Assembly: GCA_031284015.1 (NCBI GenBank)
Contig: JAITAS010000012.1
Coordinates: 1 to 32,471, forward strand
DNA: 32,471 bases
Direction: 5' to 3'
From: Puniceicoccales bacterium
GTDB taxonomy: Bacteria > Verrucomicrobiota > Verrucomicrobiia > Opitutales > JAIRKQ01
Every line of letters begins with the position of its first letter. Positions within the stretch are counted from its first letter, which is position 1. A program made the translations under genes and the position numbers. The notes under the pieces were generated by a model that saw only the letters and a list, made by a program, of their open reading frames with translations, ran no database searches and was not told the DNA's origin. Below, one piece after another: positions 1-8,082 of the stretch.

Positions 1-156
1 CATAAAACAGATGATCCGCCGATTGTAATTTGGAACCACGACATGGGACTCGAGCACAGAGTAGTGTTCGTTGCTAACAACTTTGAAGAGTTCGTTGGCA
101 TGTTGTACGAATCGGAGGACGCAAAAGAGGACAGAAAGAACTGGAAGGGCTGGTAA
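1..156 (+). CDS. SMI1/KNR4 (SUKH) family immunity-like protein, 3' partial (runs off the window start)
   Basis: Not in the ORF track. Frame 1 is open from base 1 to TAA at 154-156: HKTDDPPIVIWNHDMGLEHRVVFVANNFEEFVGMLYESEDAKEDRKNWKGW*. The pattern P-IV-W-H...VA-NFEEF--ML matches the C-terminal end of SMI1/KNR4 domains. Confidence 0.7.
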   Translation, partial: HKTDDPPIVIWNHDMGLEHRVVFVANNFEEFVGMLYESEDAKEDRKNWKGW

Positions 157-566
157 TTCTTGCGATTTTCGCGAATAGCGTCAGTAATTGTCAAAAACTC
201 CTATCGCCGAACAGGAAGCGGTGGAATTCGCAGAGACGGCGGTGTGGGCGATGGAAATGGGAGCTATTATAAATGGCGAGAATAATAGTAGTTTCCGTTG
301 AAGGACACAAATTGTACAGCAATGCTCATCATGCACGTATTTTCGGGTGTCACTTATTTAACGTTGACAGCGACCATGCCGCAAGGCCACTTGGCGACTT
401 ATTACCAAAATCTCACGAGCGTTCCAGAACGGGCGTAGGAACGTATACTGCCGGATGTCCTTTTTTTAATGATTACCAACGCGAATGTTTAACGATGTTA
501 AATGGGTTGAATTTGGAAGTGGTTGGCGTATTGGCAGCGGCAATTGATCGGGGAGAGACATATGTA

Positions 567-1427
567 CTAGCCGGAAACAACTGGGAGAAATCGCTCTCTG
601 CCAAGTATACAGAAATAGGCGTGGGGAAATTTCAAACCGAAGAAGTATCCGATGAGGAGCAGAATCCCAATAATGGCACTGAAGATGTTCATGGTGCCGG
701 TGCCGTCGCTTTGATGTCCACCGCTGGCGATGGAGTCTTCCGTCTCACAGGTGGCATCTTCCCGCTGGGGACCGAGTGTACGGGCACGGCCGATGTTCAA
801 TTGGAAATTCGGTCCCAGGGAGATGGCACGGGCATAGGTCCCGTTTCCCTGGTCAGCGGCAAGGGTCATGGCGGCCTGGCCAGCGGACTCCGCCACCGGC
901 GCATCCAGTTTCAGGGCGGCGATGTTGACCGTCGCTTCATCGGCATCACCGTTATTGAAATAGAAACGAAAGTTGGAGTTCCGATCGCCGCCCAGCGTAC
1001 CAAGGTAAATGGCTCCGGAATCTGGATGATACCCGGCGGTGGTCATGGTACCGCTGCCAAGGAATTCCACGGTCCAATCGTCAAAGGTCGAATCGCCATA
1101 GGTCTGCCCTGCGCCGAACAGCGCGGCGGAGGTGGAATTCCCGGAAGAGTTGCCGGACACGTCAATGCTAAGCATGCTACCGTCTTCCCCGGTAAATGGG
1201 TCGGTGAAACCGTTTGCCGGAACATTATCTCCCCCATCTTCCCCGTCGACGGAAAACGTTATCGTTGTGTCATCACCATCGCCTATTTGCAGCGGGGTGT
1301 CACGCACCGAAGGGGCTCCTAATGCCCCGCTAGGCAGCAGGCAAATGGCCCAACACGCCATACCGGCACAAATTCTCCGCCACCATAAAATACCTCCCCC
1401 ATTTGTCTTCGATTTGTGTCCATCCAT
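567..1427 (-). CDS. Secreted G/D/T-rich protein, possibly a truncated autotransporter-passenger/adhesin-like gene
   Basis: Strong SD (TAAGGAGG, minus strand 1433-1440) just before the ATG. Signal-peptide-like N-terminus (RRICAGMACWAICLLPSGALG), beta-rich Gly/Asp/Thr body and hydrophobic tail. GC is clearly higher than in the rest of the window. Product is inferred from composition only. Confidence 0.6.
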   Translation of the reverse strand: MDGHKSKTNGGGILWWRRICAGMACWAICLLPSGALGAPSVRDTPLQIGDGDDTTITFSVDGEDGGDNVPANGFTDPFTGEDGSMLSIDVSGNSSGNSTSAALFGAGQTYGDSTFDDWTVEFLGSGTMTTAGYHPDSGAIYLGTLGGDRNSNFRFYFNNGDADEATVNIAALKLDAPVAESAGQAAMTLAADQGNGTYARAISLGPNFQLNIGRARTLGPQREDATCETEDSIASGGHQSDGTGTMNIFSAIIGILLLIGYFFGLKFPHAYFCILGRERFLPVVSG

Positions 1428-1432
1428 TGGTC

Positions 1433-1440
1433 CCTCCTTA
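1433..1440 (-). promoter_or_regulatory. Shine-Dalgarno site of the 567..1427 gene
   Basis: Minus strand reads TAAGGAGGGACCAATG. Confidence 0.7.
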
Positions 1441-1758
1441 TCCTACCCAGCGTAGGACCTTTTACTCCCTTTTTAAGTCTTTTTTGTAAATTTTTTACCC
1501 CGCCGCCGGAAAGCGTGATAAACAAATTCCCAGGCAATGGTGGTGTAATGGAGCAAAGGCATGGTCCCGGGAAAAACATATGGGCTTCCCAAACGTTTTC
1601 AGGTCATAGATGCCACCATCGTTGGTGAGGTCCGGTTTCGGTCTAAAAATGTATGGAATATCTGTTTGTAAATTTTGTAAATATTCACAATAAAGCGCAA
1701 GGACGTTTTGAAATTTTCAAAAGGTTAAGTAATGTTGCCGTTTATAATTGCACCAAAT

Positions 1759-1986
1759 TTAAAACTTTTCTATGGCATATTTTGCCTGTTGCAATGCCGT
1801 CTTAACCGCATTTAATCGATTAAATACATCATTGTCATCGTTGGTATCATGAATCATCCCATTAACTTCCGATTCATATTGCAAAAGTTTGTTTATCAAT
1901 TCTTTACGATAAATCCCAGATTTATCTTCCAGAAGATTTTTTTCCATATCTACAAGAATTGGACGCTCTTTTTTCCCTGAATCCAT
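1759..1986 (-). CDS. Type III secretion needle co-chaperone, YscE/CdsE-like
   Basis: 75 aa helical protein starting 3 nt after the sctD stop, the same order as yscD-yscE and cdsD-cdsE. PILVDMEKNL...ELINKL...LNAVKTALQQAKYAI resembles the YscE/CdsE pattern. Confidence 0.65.
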   Translation of the reverse strand: MDSGKKERPILVDMEKNLLEDKSGIYRKELINKLLQYESEVNGMIHDTNDDNDVFNRLNAVKTALQQAKYAIEKF

Positions 1987-1989
1987 TGA

Positions 1990-3333
1990 TTACAACTCCC
2001 CAATTTTGAGGATAATTGTTTGATTTCCTTTTGTCAATACGATATTTTCCGGAGTTATATCTTTTATGGAATAACCGTTCGAAAGCGTTGCACCAACCAT
2101 GTATCTTGTCCCGTCTTTGAAGCCTATCCAATTTAATCCATTATCACTGATGGAAACGCTATTGACTTCACTCCCAAAATATTGCTGTTTGATAACTTCC
2201 GGATCGCTTATTTTCACAAAATTTTTTATTAAAATATCTTTGCCAAATGTCTTTTCTATTTGCAACTTTGCCAGCCGCCAATTTTCTTCTTCATCGGTGG
2301 ATACCAACCCTCCAATGGCTATGCCGTCGACCTGAGGAACAATGCCAATTTTCCCGGTTAATTTGTATTTTGCGATTATCGGTTTTACTAGGTTAAATGC
2401 TTTCGTCGGGAGAATCACTTCATCCTGTAGGTCAATGATTCCCATAACATCTTCAATTATTCGTTTACGAACCTTGCTCCATTTGTCTTTGTCATAGGCA
2501 TAGCCTGTTACTAGAAACACTCCATTGGAAACAGATTGCACTTTGGGATGCGATTCAATACCAGCTAGCAAAATATTAATTTCCGATAAAATTTTTTCTT
2601 CACTGTAGATCTTTTGTTTGATGGTGGGAGAGATAGACCTCAGCTTAGCACTCAAACTCGATAATTCGTTGTTGGATAAGGTATATCCTGCGGCAAGAAA
2701 CCCCATTGGAGTTTTATTGATGGTTACATCGCCAGCTAACCCATGCTCAGTAACCGCATTTTGGAGGAGAGTAAATACATCGGGCTTTTCGGGAACCTTG
2801 GCAGGATCTGAAAAGATGGAAATGAAAAATAGAAGGGAAGCAGCAAACCCAAATATTATCAAGGTAACCCCACCATATAACCACGACCGCTTGCCCTTAG
2901 TTTTGTTAATTGTTGTTGCGTTTGCAGAGATCTTATCGTCAACCACGACTTCTTTTTGTTCTTCATCGCCAACATCTTCCTCCCTAAGTTGGGGAGCATC
3001 TGCCGCTGATATGGCCGGCCATGCTTGATTGGCAGGCCCAATGACGATATGGGTCGAGCCAATTGTGATAAACTGAAATTCTTCAATGGTAATCGCTTCA
3101 TCTTTGACTAATTTGCCGTCGACAAACACTTTACTATTCAATGGTTTAAGTTTAATCCCTTCCGCGGAAAAAGTAATTTCAATGTGTCTTGGTTCAATAA
3201 ATGAATCCGACAATACAACATCGCTGTCATTACTACTCCCCACCACCACCGTTTCATACCCGAAAACGGTCTCAGCTCCCTGATGGTTCCCCGAAAGGAT
3301 TTTTAATAAAAATTCAGAGTCTTCTTTCTTCAT
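1990..3333 (-). CDS. sctD: Type III secretion inner-membrane ring subunit SctD (YscD/CdsD/HrpQ family)
   Basis: N-terminal FHA-like domain (LKILSGNHQGAE...VVGSSNDSDVVLSD...PRH...FITIGSTHIVIGP...W), single TM (WLYGGVTLIIFGFAASLLFFISIF), repeated periplasmic ring-building domains, and a YscD-type C-terminus (VNSVSI...WIGFKDGTRYMVGATLSNGYSIKDITPENIVL). Confidence 0.88.
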   Translation of the reverse strand: MKKEDSEFLLKILSGNHQGAETVFGYETVVVGSSNDSDVVLSDSFIEPRHIEITFSAEGIKLKPLNSKVFVDGKLVKDEAITIEEFQFITIGSTHIVIGPANQAWPAISAADAPQLREEDVGDEEQKEVVVDDKISANATTINKTKGKRSWLYGGVTLIIFGFAASLLFFISIFSDPAKVPEKPDVFTLLQNAVTEHGLAGDVTINKTPMGFLAAGYTLSNNELSSLSAKLRSISPTIKQKIYSEEKILSEINILLAGIESHPKVQSVSNGVFLVTGYAYDKDKWSKVRKRIIEDVMGIIDLQDEVILPTKAFNLVKPIIAKYKLTGKIGIVPQVDGIAIGGLVSTDEEENWRLAKLQIEKTFGKDILIKNFVKISDPEVIKQQYFGSEVNSVSISDNGLNWIGFKDGTRYMVGATLSNGYSIKDITPENIVLTKGNQTIILKIGEL

Positions 3334-3399
3334 TACGAGCTGTTTATATATTGTTTTACTTTTAAAAAATCAAACTTTATCCCAAATGATCTTCGTTGT

Positions 3400-3774
3400 T
3401 TAAAAAGTCGGACAAATTTTATTATTTTTGTTGCTCGCGGTATAATTTTCGCCCATTGACCAAATTTCGTCATTTATCAGTACTTTAAATTCAAAATTTA
3501 TTTTGGATGGTGCATTTTTACATTCCCACTGCCAACGGTCATCATTTATATATTTCATTGCTATTCCTTTATCCCAGGATAGCCCACAACCATCCCCACG
3601 AATATACAAACGGTTGCCAAAACCAATATTGGCTTCGGCAGTAACTAATAATGCTTTGCTATTTTGTTTGGAAATACCTATGATTGACTTTTCTGCCGTA
3701 TTCGGTTTAGACTTGCTCATATTCGTTCCCTTTTCTGTAGCAAACTTTCTATTATCTGTTTTTGATGTATACAT
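3400..3774 (-). CDS. Small protein with a CBM20-like (starch/glycogen-binding-type) beta-sandwich; start may be the later Met (MSKSKPN)
   Basis: IGFGNRLYIRGDGCGLSWDKGIAM...W.W...FEFKVLINDEIWSMGENY has the G-x-x-L-Y-I-x-G...L-x-W...FEFK...W-x-x-G-x-N pattern of CBM20-like folds. Confidence 0.6.
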   Translation of the reverse strand: MYTSKTDNRKFATEKGTNMSKSKPNTAEKSIIGISKQNSKALLVTAEANIGFGNRLYIRGDGCGLSWDKGIAMKYINDDRWQWECKNAPSKINFEFKVLINDEIWSMGENYTASNKNNKICPTF

Positions 3775-3909
3775 CGAATTATCCCCATTTTTATTCCAAA
3801 AAATCTTTCCAGAGAAATTTTCTATTTCCCTGTGAAAATACCATCTCCTATGTTAACACTTTTTAAGAAAAATAAAATGCTTTTTATTTTAAATTTTTGA
3901 CCGTTGGCC

Positions 3910-3938
3910 TTGACAAATTTTACCGTTAAAACCATTGT
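3910..3938 (+). promoter_or_regulatory. Candidate sigma70 promoter for the lipoprotein-rsmI-nusB unit
   Basis: Perfect TTGACA at 3910-3915, 17-nt spacer, weak -10 CATTGT. Confidence 0.35.
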
Positions 3939-3946
3939 GTCATTCC

Positions 3947-4144
3947 ATGAAGTACATTGGGAAATTTGTGGCATACGGTATTTTACTCTTGCTGACATCG
4001 GCTTGTAGCAGTGTCAATAGTCCAAACCCGCAAAATTCACAGTTGCCATGGGCAAGGCCAACGAAGTGGGAGCAAAATCCTACCCTTCGTCTGGAAGATT
4101 TGTCGTATTCTAGTGGCCATAAAAGTGGTAGTAACGCTAAGTAG
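3947..4144 (+). CDS. Small lipoprotein, hypothetical
   Basis: MKYIGKFVAYGILLLLTSAC: basic N-terminus, hydrophobic core and lipobox LTSAC, followed by a PWARPTKWE motif. Confidence 0.7.
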   Translation: MKYIGKFVAYGILLLLTSACSSVNSPNPQNSQLPWARPTKWEQNPTLRLEDLSYSSGHKSGSNAK

Positions 4145-4178
4145 GAATTTCAACTCATCGCAATCCGTTCTCATTAAA

Positions 4179-4883
4179 ATGTCAAAACTGGTAATAGTTC
4201 CAACTCCCATAGGGAATTTGGATGATATTTCAGCTAGAGCTATTGATGCGCTAGCTAGGTGTGACATTGTTCTCTGTGAAGACACGCGGGTATGTTCCAA
4301 ATTGTTGAATCATTTGAAAATGGATAAGAAAATGCTCCTCTACCGTGACGATAATGAAGAAAGGCAGGTCCCAAAAATAATAGATCTAATAGGGGAAGGA
4401 AATACGGTTTGTTTAACAAGCGATGCGGGGACTCCCGCGATAAGTGATCCGGGATATAGGATCGTAAATGCCTGCCGTAGGCGTAAAATTCCAATCGAAT
4501 CACTTCCGGGAGCCTGTGCACTCATTACTGCCTTGGCAGCGTCGGGATTGCCAAGTAATGGTTTTTTGTTTCTCGGATTTTTGCCGAACAAAACATCGGC
4601 TCGGACTAATATGTTCAAAAAATATATCGATTTCGATTATACTTTGATATTCTATGAATCCTGCCATAAGATTTTGAAATTTTTGAAAGATCTACAAAGT
4701 GTAATTGGGGCGACAAGGGTAATCTGTGTAGCCAGGGAAATGACAAAAATACACGAGATATTCCATGTGGGCGAAGTTGGTCAGATTTATGATGAAATTG
4801 CGGCGACATCCGTAAAGGGTGAATATGTTATAATAGTAGCCCCCCAACGATTCAAATTTAACCAGTGCTCCCTCGATTTATAA
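4179..4883 (+). CDS. rsmI: 16S rRNA (cytidine1402-2'-O)-methyltransferase
   Basis: LVIVPTPIGNLDDIS.RA, CEDTR, SDAGTPAISDPG, F.FLGFLP, FYES.H, VAREMTKIHE, KGEY. Start set at ATG 4179. Confidence 0.95.
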   Translation: MSKLVIVPTPIGNLDDISARAIDALARCDIVLCEDTRVCSKLLNHLKMDKKMLLYRDDNEERQVPKIIDLIGEGNTVCLTSDAGTPAISDPGYRIVNACRRRKIPIESLPGACALITALAASGLPSNGFLFLGFLPNKTSARTNMFKKYIDFDYTLIFYESCHKILKFLKDLQSVIGATRVICVAREMTKIHEIFHVGEVGQIYDEIAATSVKGEYVIIVAPQRFKFNQCSLDL

Positions 4884-4915
4884 TTTTCTTGACCGTTGGT
4901 AGATATGACATAGCA

Positions 4916-5383
4916 ATGACGATCATGTTTCCAGAAGATATGCCTCGCAGGCGAAAAAATAGAATTTTCGCCGTACAATTCATGTATTCCTGGTCCATAA
5001 ACAAAAATGAAGAGCTTGTACAGATCGGTGACATCGTTGATGCCTTTATAAGTTCTTATTTTCCGGGGGAAAACGACCAATATAAATTCGGGAAAGAGCT
5101 TGCGGTGGGAGTTGTCGAAAACATTGATATCATCGATGATCTGATAAAAAAACATACCACCCATTGGTCTTTGGACAGAATAACAATCGTCGATCTAGCT
5201 ATTTTAAGGGTTGCCATATATGAAATGTTATTTCGGGACGACGTACCCCCCATAGTTGCCATGAATGAAGCTATAGACATTGGGAAAATCCTGTCGACGG
5301 ATGAATCCGGAAGATTTTTGAATGGGGTTTTGGATGGTGTTAAAAAGAAGCTAACTCGCCCGTTACGGGAAGCTGGAAGATAG
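4916..5383 (+). CDS. nusB: Transcription antitermination factor NusB
   Basis: RRRKNRIFAVQFMY, IDDLI...WSLDRI..VDLAILRVAIYEM, VPPIVAMNEAIDIGK, SGRFLNGVLD. Confidence 0.95.
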   Translation: MTIMFPEDMPRRRKNRIFAVQFMYSWSINKNEELVQIGDIVDAFISSYFPGENDQYKFGKELAVGVVENIDIIDDLIKKHTTHWSLDRITIVDLAILRVAIYEMLFRDDVPPIVAMNEAIDIGKILSTDESGRFLNGVLDGVKKKLTRPLREAGR

Positions 5384-5490
5384 TACCAATACTCGTCTCC
5401 ATCTGCCATTTTTAGCAAATATGAATCTTCCCCTGTTCGCCCAATTTTCGTGGGAACTGACTCTAGGATAAATTCAATGAATGTTTATCC

Positions 5491-8052
5491 TTAAAAAAGG
5501 GTAATTTGCGAATCTTCTCGAGAGGTGTAAGATTTTTTATGCCAAACATTTTTTATGAAAATGTTGCCTTCCTCTTCCAATTCCTTGAGCACATCTTTGG
5601 CACGGGAAATGACTTTGCCAGGAATGCCTGCCAGTTGAGCGACGTGGATTCCGTATGACTTATCGGCTGCTCCATCTAGAACTTTTCTCATAAAAATTAT
5701 TCCATCGTTCCATTCCTTAACTTCCATCTGGAAATTTTTCATGCGAGGAAGGGTTTGGGATAATTTTGTCAATTCATGGTAATGGGTAGCGAATAGTATT
5801 TTAGGTCCTCTACCTTCGTCCCTATGGAGATATTCGATAACCGCCCAGGCAATGCTCAATCCATCGTATGTGCTCGTACCGCGACCCACTTCATCCAAAA
5901 TTATTAGGCTAGAGTTTGTCATATTGTTCAAAATATTGGCGGTTTCTGACATTTCTAACATAAACGTTGAACGTCCACGGGATAGATCATCGCCGGATCC
6001 AATGCGTGAGAAAATTTTGTCTATAAGTGAAAGTTTGCATTTCTTGGCGGGAACCCAACAGCCAATGTGAGCCAATAGCACAATTAGGGCAACCTGACGA
6101 ATATAGGTAGACTTACCTGCCATGTTTGGTCCAGTAATCAAAGCGATCTGCACCTCATCATTTTTTAGCCGCAAATCATTGGGTATAAAGTTCGAAAGGT
6201 TTCCGCAAGTATCCGAATTCTCACGCTTTAGAATCTGTTCGATAACTGGGTGTCGACCATCTACGATTTCCAAACAATCTTCATTGACTATTTCTGGGCA
6301 ACAGTAGTGATACTCTTGGGATAATTCTGCCCACCCACAAAAAACGTCTAACTGAGCCAGTGCTTTGGAAGCCATCAGCAAATCCTGAAAATTTTCTAAT
6401 GTTCTGGCGACTAGTTTGTCGAAAATTTGCTCTTCCAGGGCGATGGACAAAGTTTGAGAATTTAAAATTTCTATCTCTTTCTTTTTTAGTTCATCCGTAG
6501 TATACCGTTCCGCGTTAACCGTCGTTTGTCGCCGAATATAACAGTTAGGGACGAGGTGCAGGTTGGATTTGGTTACTTCGATAAAATATCCAAAACCTCC
6601 GTTATATTTGACCTTTAGGCTTTTGATTCCCGTTTGCGATTGTTCCTTGCGTTCGAAATTATTGATCCAGGATTTGCAATTCGTCGATAGATTGCGATAT
6701 TCGTCGAGTTGAGCATCGTAGCCCGCTTTTATGTAGCCACCGGACAGTAGGTCGGTTGGCAAATTATCCCCCAAGGCAGACAGCAGAAGCCGTTTCAATT
6801 CATCGCATGTGTAAATTTGTTCGGAAAATTTTCTCAGTTCGGGAACTTTACTTGCTTCTAGAAAATTTTTTAGGGTAGGGAATTGCTCGATGGTTAACTT
6901 CACCGCACTTAGGTCCCGGGGATTTTTCATGTGATTTTGTAGGCGTGTCAAAATCCGTGATAGATCATGGGTATTTTTTAAACAATTTTTAACATTAAGC
7001 CGTAGGGCTTCATCTTCCCAAAATGCACGTACGCAATTTTGCCGTCCCATGATTTCATTCTTTTGCAAACTGGGTTCCATCAAAAACCTTTCCAATTGCC
7101 GAGCACCCGAGGGGGTTGTTGTGCGATCGATGGCATGTACGAGCGACCCAATTTTTTGACCAGAAACGGAATAAAAGATTTCCAAATTTTTGATCGTAGA
7201 ATTGTCGATTTGCACACATTCTTGCGGTTTATAGAGTCGAATTGACTTAACATTTTGTGGCTTTTGACGGAAATTCTCTTCGGCATAGTGAAGGAGTGCT
7301 CCGGCAGGGCCGAGAGCAGGATAATCATTGGAGGTTATTCCGTAGCCATCAAAGTTTAATACTCCCAAAATTTCTTTAGCAACGTTTGCACCGTGAACCT
7401 TGTCAAAATAAAATTCCGGCAGCTCCGACAACGTGCGTCCTTTGATCAGATCATTTAGAGATTCTCTAATATTTGTGTCCAGGCTTGGCCACTGGGATTG
7501 TGAATTTTCTGGAACTATGATTTCGGAGGGGTTCAAGGCAAAGGTAATGGGAAATAGCCTTCGGGGATCAGAAGATGTCGCAATTTGAAATTCCCCAGTC
7601 GATGCTTCCAACCATGCTATGGAAAATTCATGTTTTTTGATATTTATTGCCAGAATATATTTGTTTTGCTTGGCGTCCAGTTGGTGTTCTGCGAGTATGG
7701 TTCCTGGCGTAAGAATTCGCGCCAAGGATCGTTTTACGAGATACCCCGGTTTTGGGATACCAATTTGATCGCAGATAGCGATTTTGTACCCACGATTTAA
7801 AAGTTTATTTATATATGACGTAGCGGAATGGTAAGGCACTCCCGCCATCGGCATCGTTCCACGCCGAGTTAATGTTATTCCCAACAGACGTGCTCCAATT
7901 TCCGCGTCTTCATTAAACAGCTCATAAAAATCACCGAGATGGAAAAATAGTAGCGTTTTTTTCGGCAACGTTTTTTTGATTTCTAAATATTGCCGCATCA
8001 TGGGAGTTGATGATTGGTCATTTTGCATCAATTTGTTCCAAAATATGGTCAA
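5491..8052 (-). CDS. mutS: DNA mismatch repair protein MutS
   Basis: TPMMRQY, GDFYELF, PMAGVPYH, Walker A ITGPNMAGKSTYIRQ, STFMLEM, ILDEVGRGTST.DG, FATHYHEL, SYGIHVAQLAG. True start is probably a slightly later Met. Confidence 0.97.
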   Translation of the reverse strand: MTIFWNKLMQNDQSSTPMMRQYLEIKKTLPKKTLLFFHLGDFYELFNEDAEIGARLLGITLTRRGTMPMAGVPYHSATSYINKLLNRGYKIAICDQIGIPKPGYLVKRSLARILTPGTILAEHQLDAKQNKYILAINIKKHEFSIAWLEASTGEFQIATSSDPRRLFPITFALNPSEIIVPENSQSQWPSLDTNIRESLNDLIKGRTLSELPEFYFDKVHGANVAKEILGVLNFDGYGITSNDYPALGPAGALLHYAEENFRQKPQNVKSIRLYKPQECVQIDNSTIKNLEIFYSVSGQKIGSLVHAIDRTTTPSGARQLERFLMEPSLQKNEIMGRQNCVRAFWEDEALRLNVKNCLKNTHDLSRILTRLQNHMKNPRDLSAVKLTIEQFPTLKNFLEASKVPELRKFSEQIYTCDELKRLLLSALGDNLPTDLLSGGYIKAGYDAQLDEYRNLSTNCKSWINNFERKEQSQTGIKSLKVKYNGGFGYFIEVTKSNLHLVPNCYIRRQTTVNAERYTTDELKKKEIEILNSQTLSIALEEQIFDKLVARTLENFQDLLMASKALAQLDVFCGWAELSQEYHYCCPEIVNEDCLEIVDGRHPVIEQILKRENSDTCGNLSNFIPNDLRLKNDEVQIALITGPNMAGKSTYIRQVALIVLLAHIGCWVPAKKCKLSLIDKIFSRIGSGDDLSRGRSTFMLEMSETANILNNMTNSSLIILDEVGRGTSTYDGLSIAWAVIEYLHRDEGRGPKILFATHYHELTKLSQTLPRMKNFQMEVKEWNDGIIFMRKVLDGAADKSYGIHVAQLAGIPGKVISRAKDVLKELEEEGNIFIKNVWHKKSYTSREDSQITLF

Positions 8053-8082
8053 CCATTTCGATTACAAATAAAATTTTGATAT

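Noticed and set aside
273-1322. 349-aa + strand ORF
   Set aside because: Mostly antisense to the GC-rich 567..1427 gene, which has the SD and signal peptide. No family recognised. A YTEIGVG resemblance to CAP domains lacks the preceding conserved His motif. The 5' third could still be a gene remnant.
1428-1758. Expected T3SS needle (sctF) or YscG-type gene after the YscE-like gene
   Set aside because: No suitable minus-strand ORF; the 1319..1579 and 1416..1628 ORFs look non-coding.
4011-4178. N-terminal extension of rsmI in the ORF track (likewise nusB, folA, lpxK, secA, glyA)
   Set aside because: Homology begins at later ATGs, and most extensions overlap neighbouring genes or use weak start codons.
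5852-7800. Short alternative ORFs inside mutS (and similarly inside secA, sctD, glyA and the giant gene)
   Set aside because: Antisense or out-of-frame shadows of well-supported genes, with no motifs.
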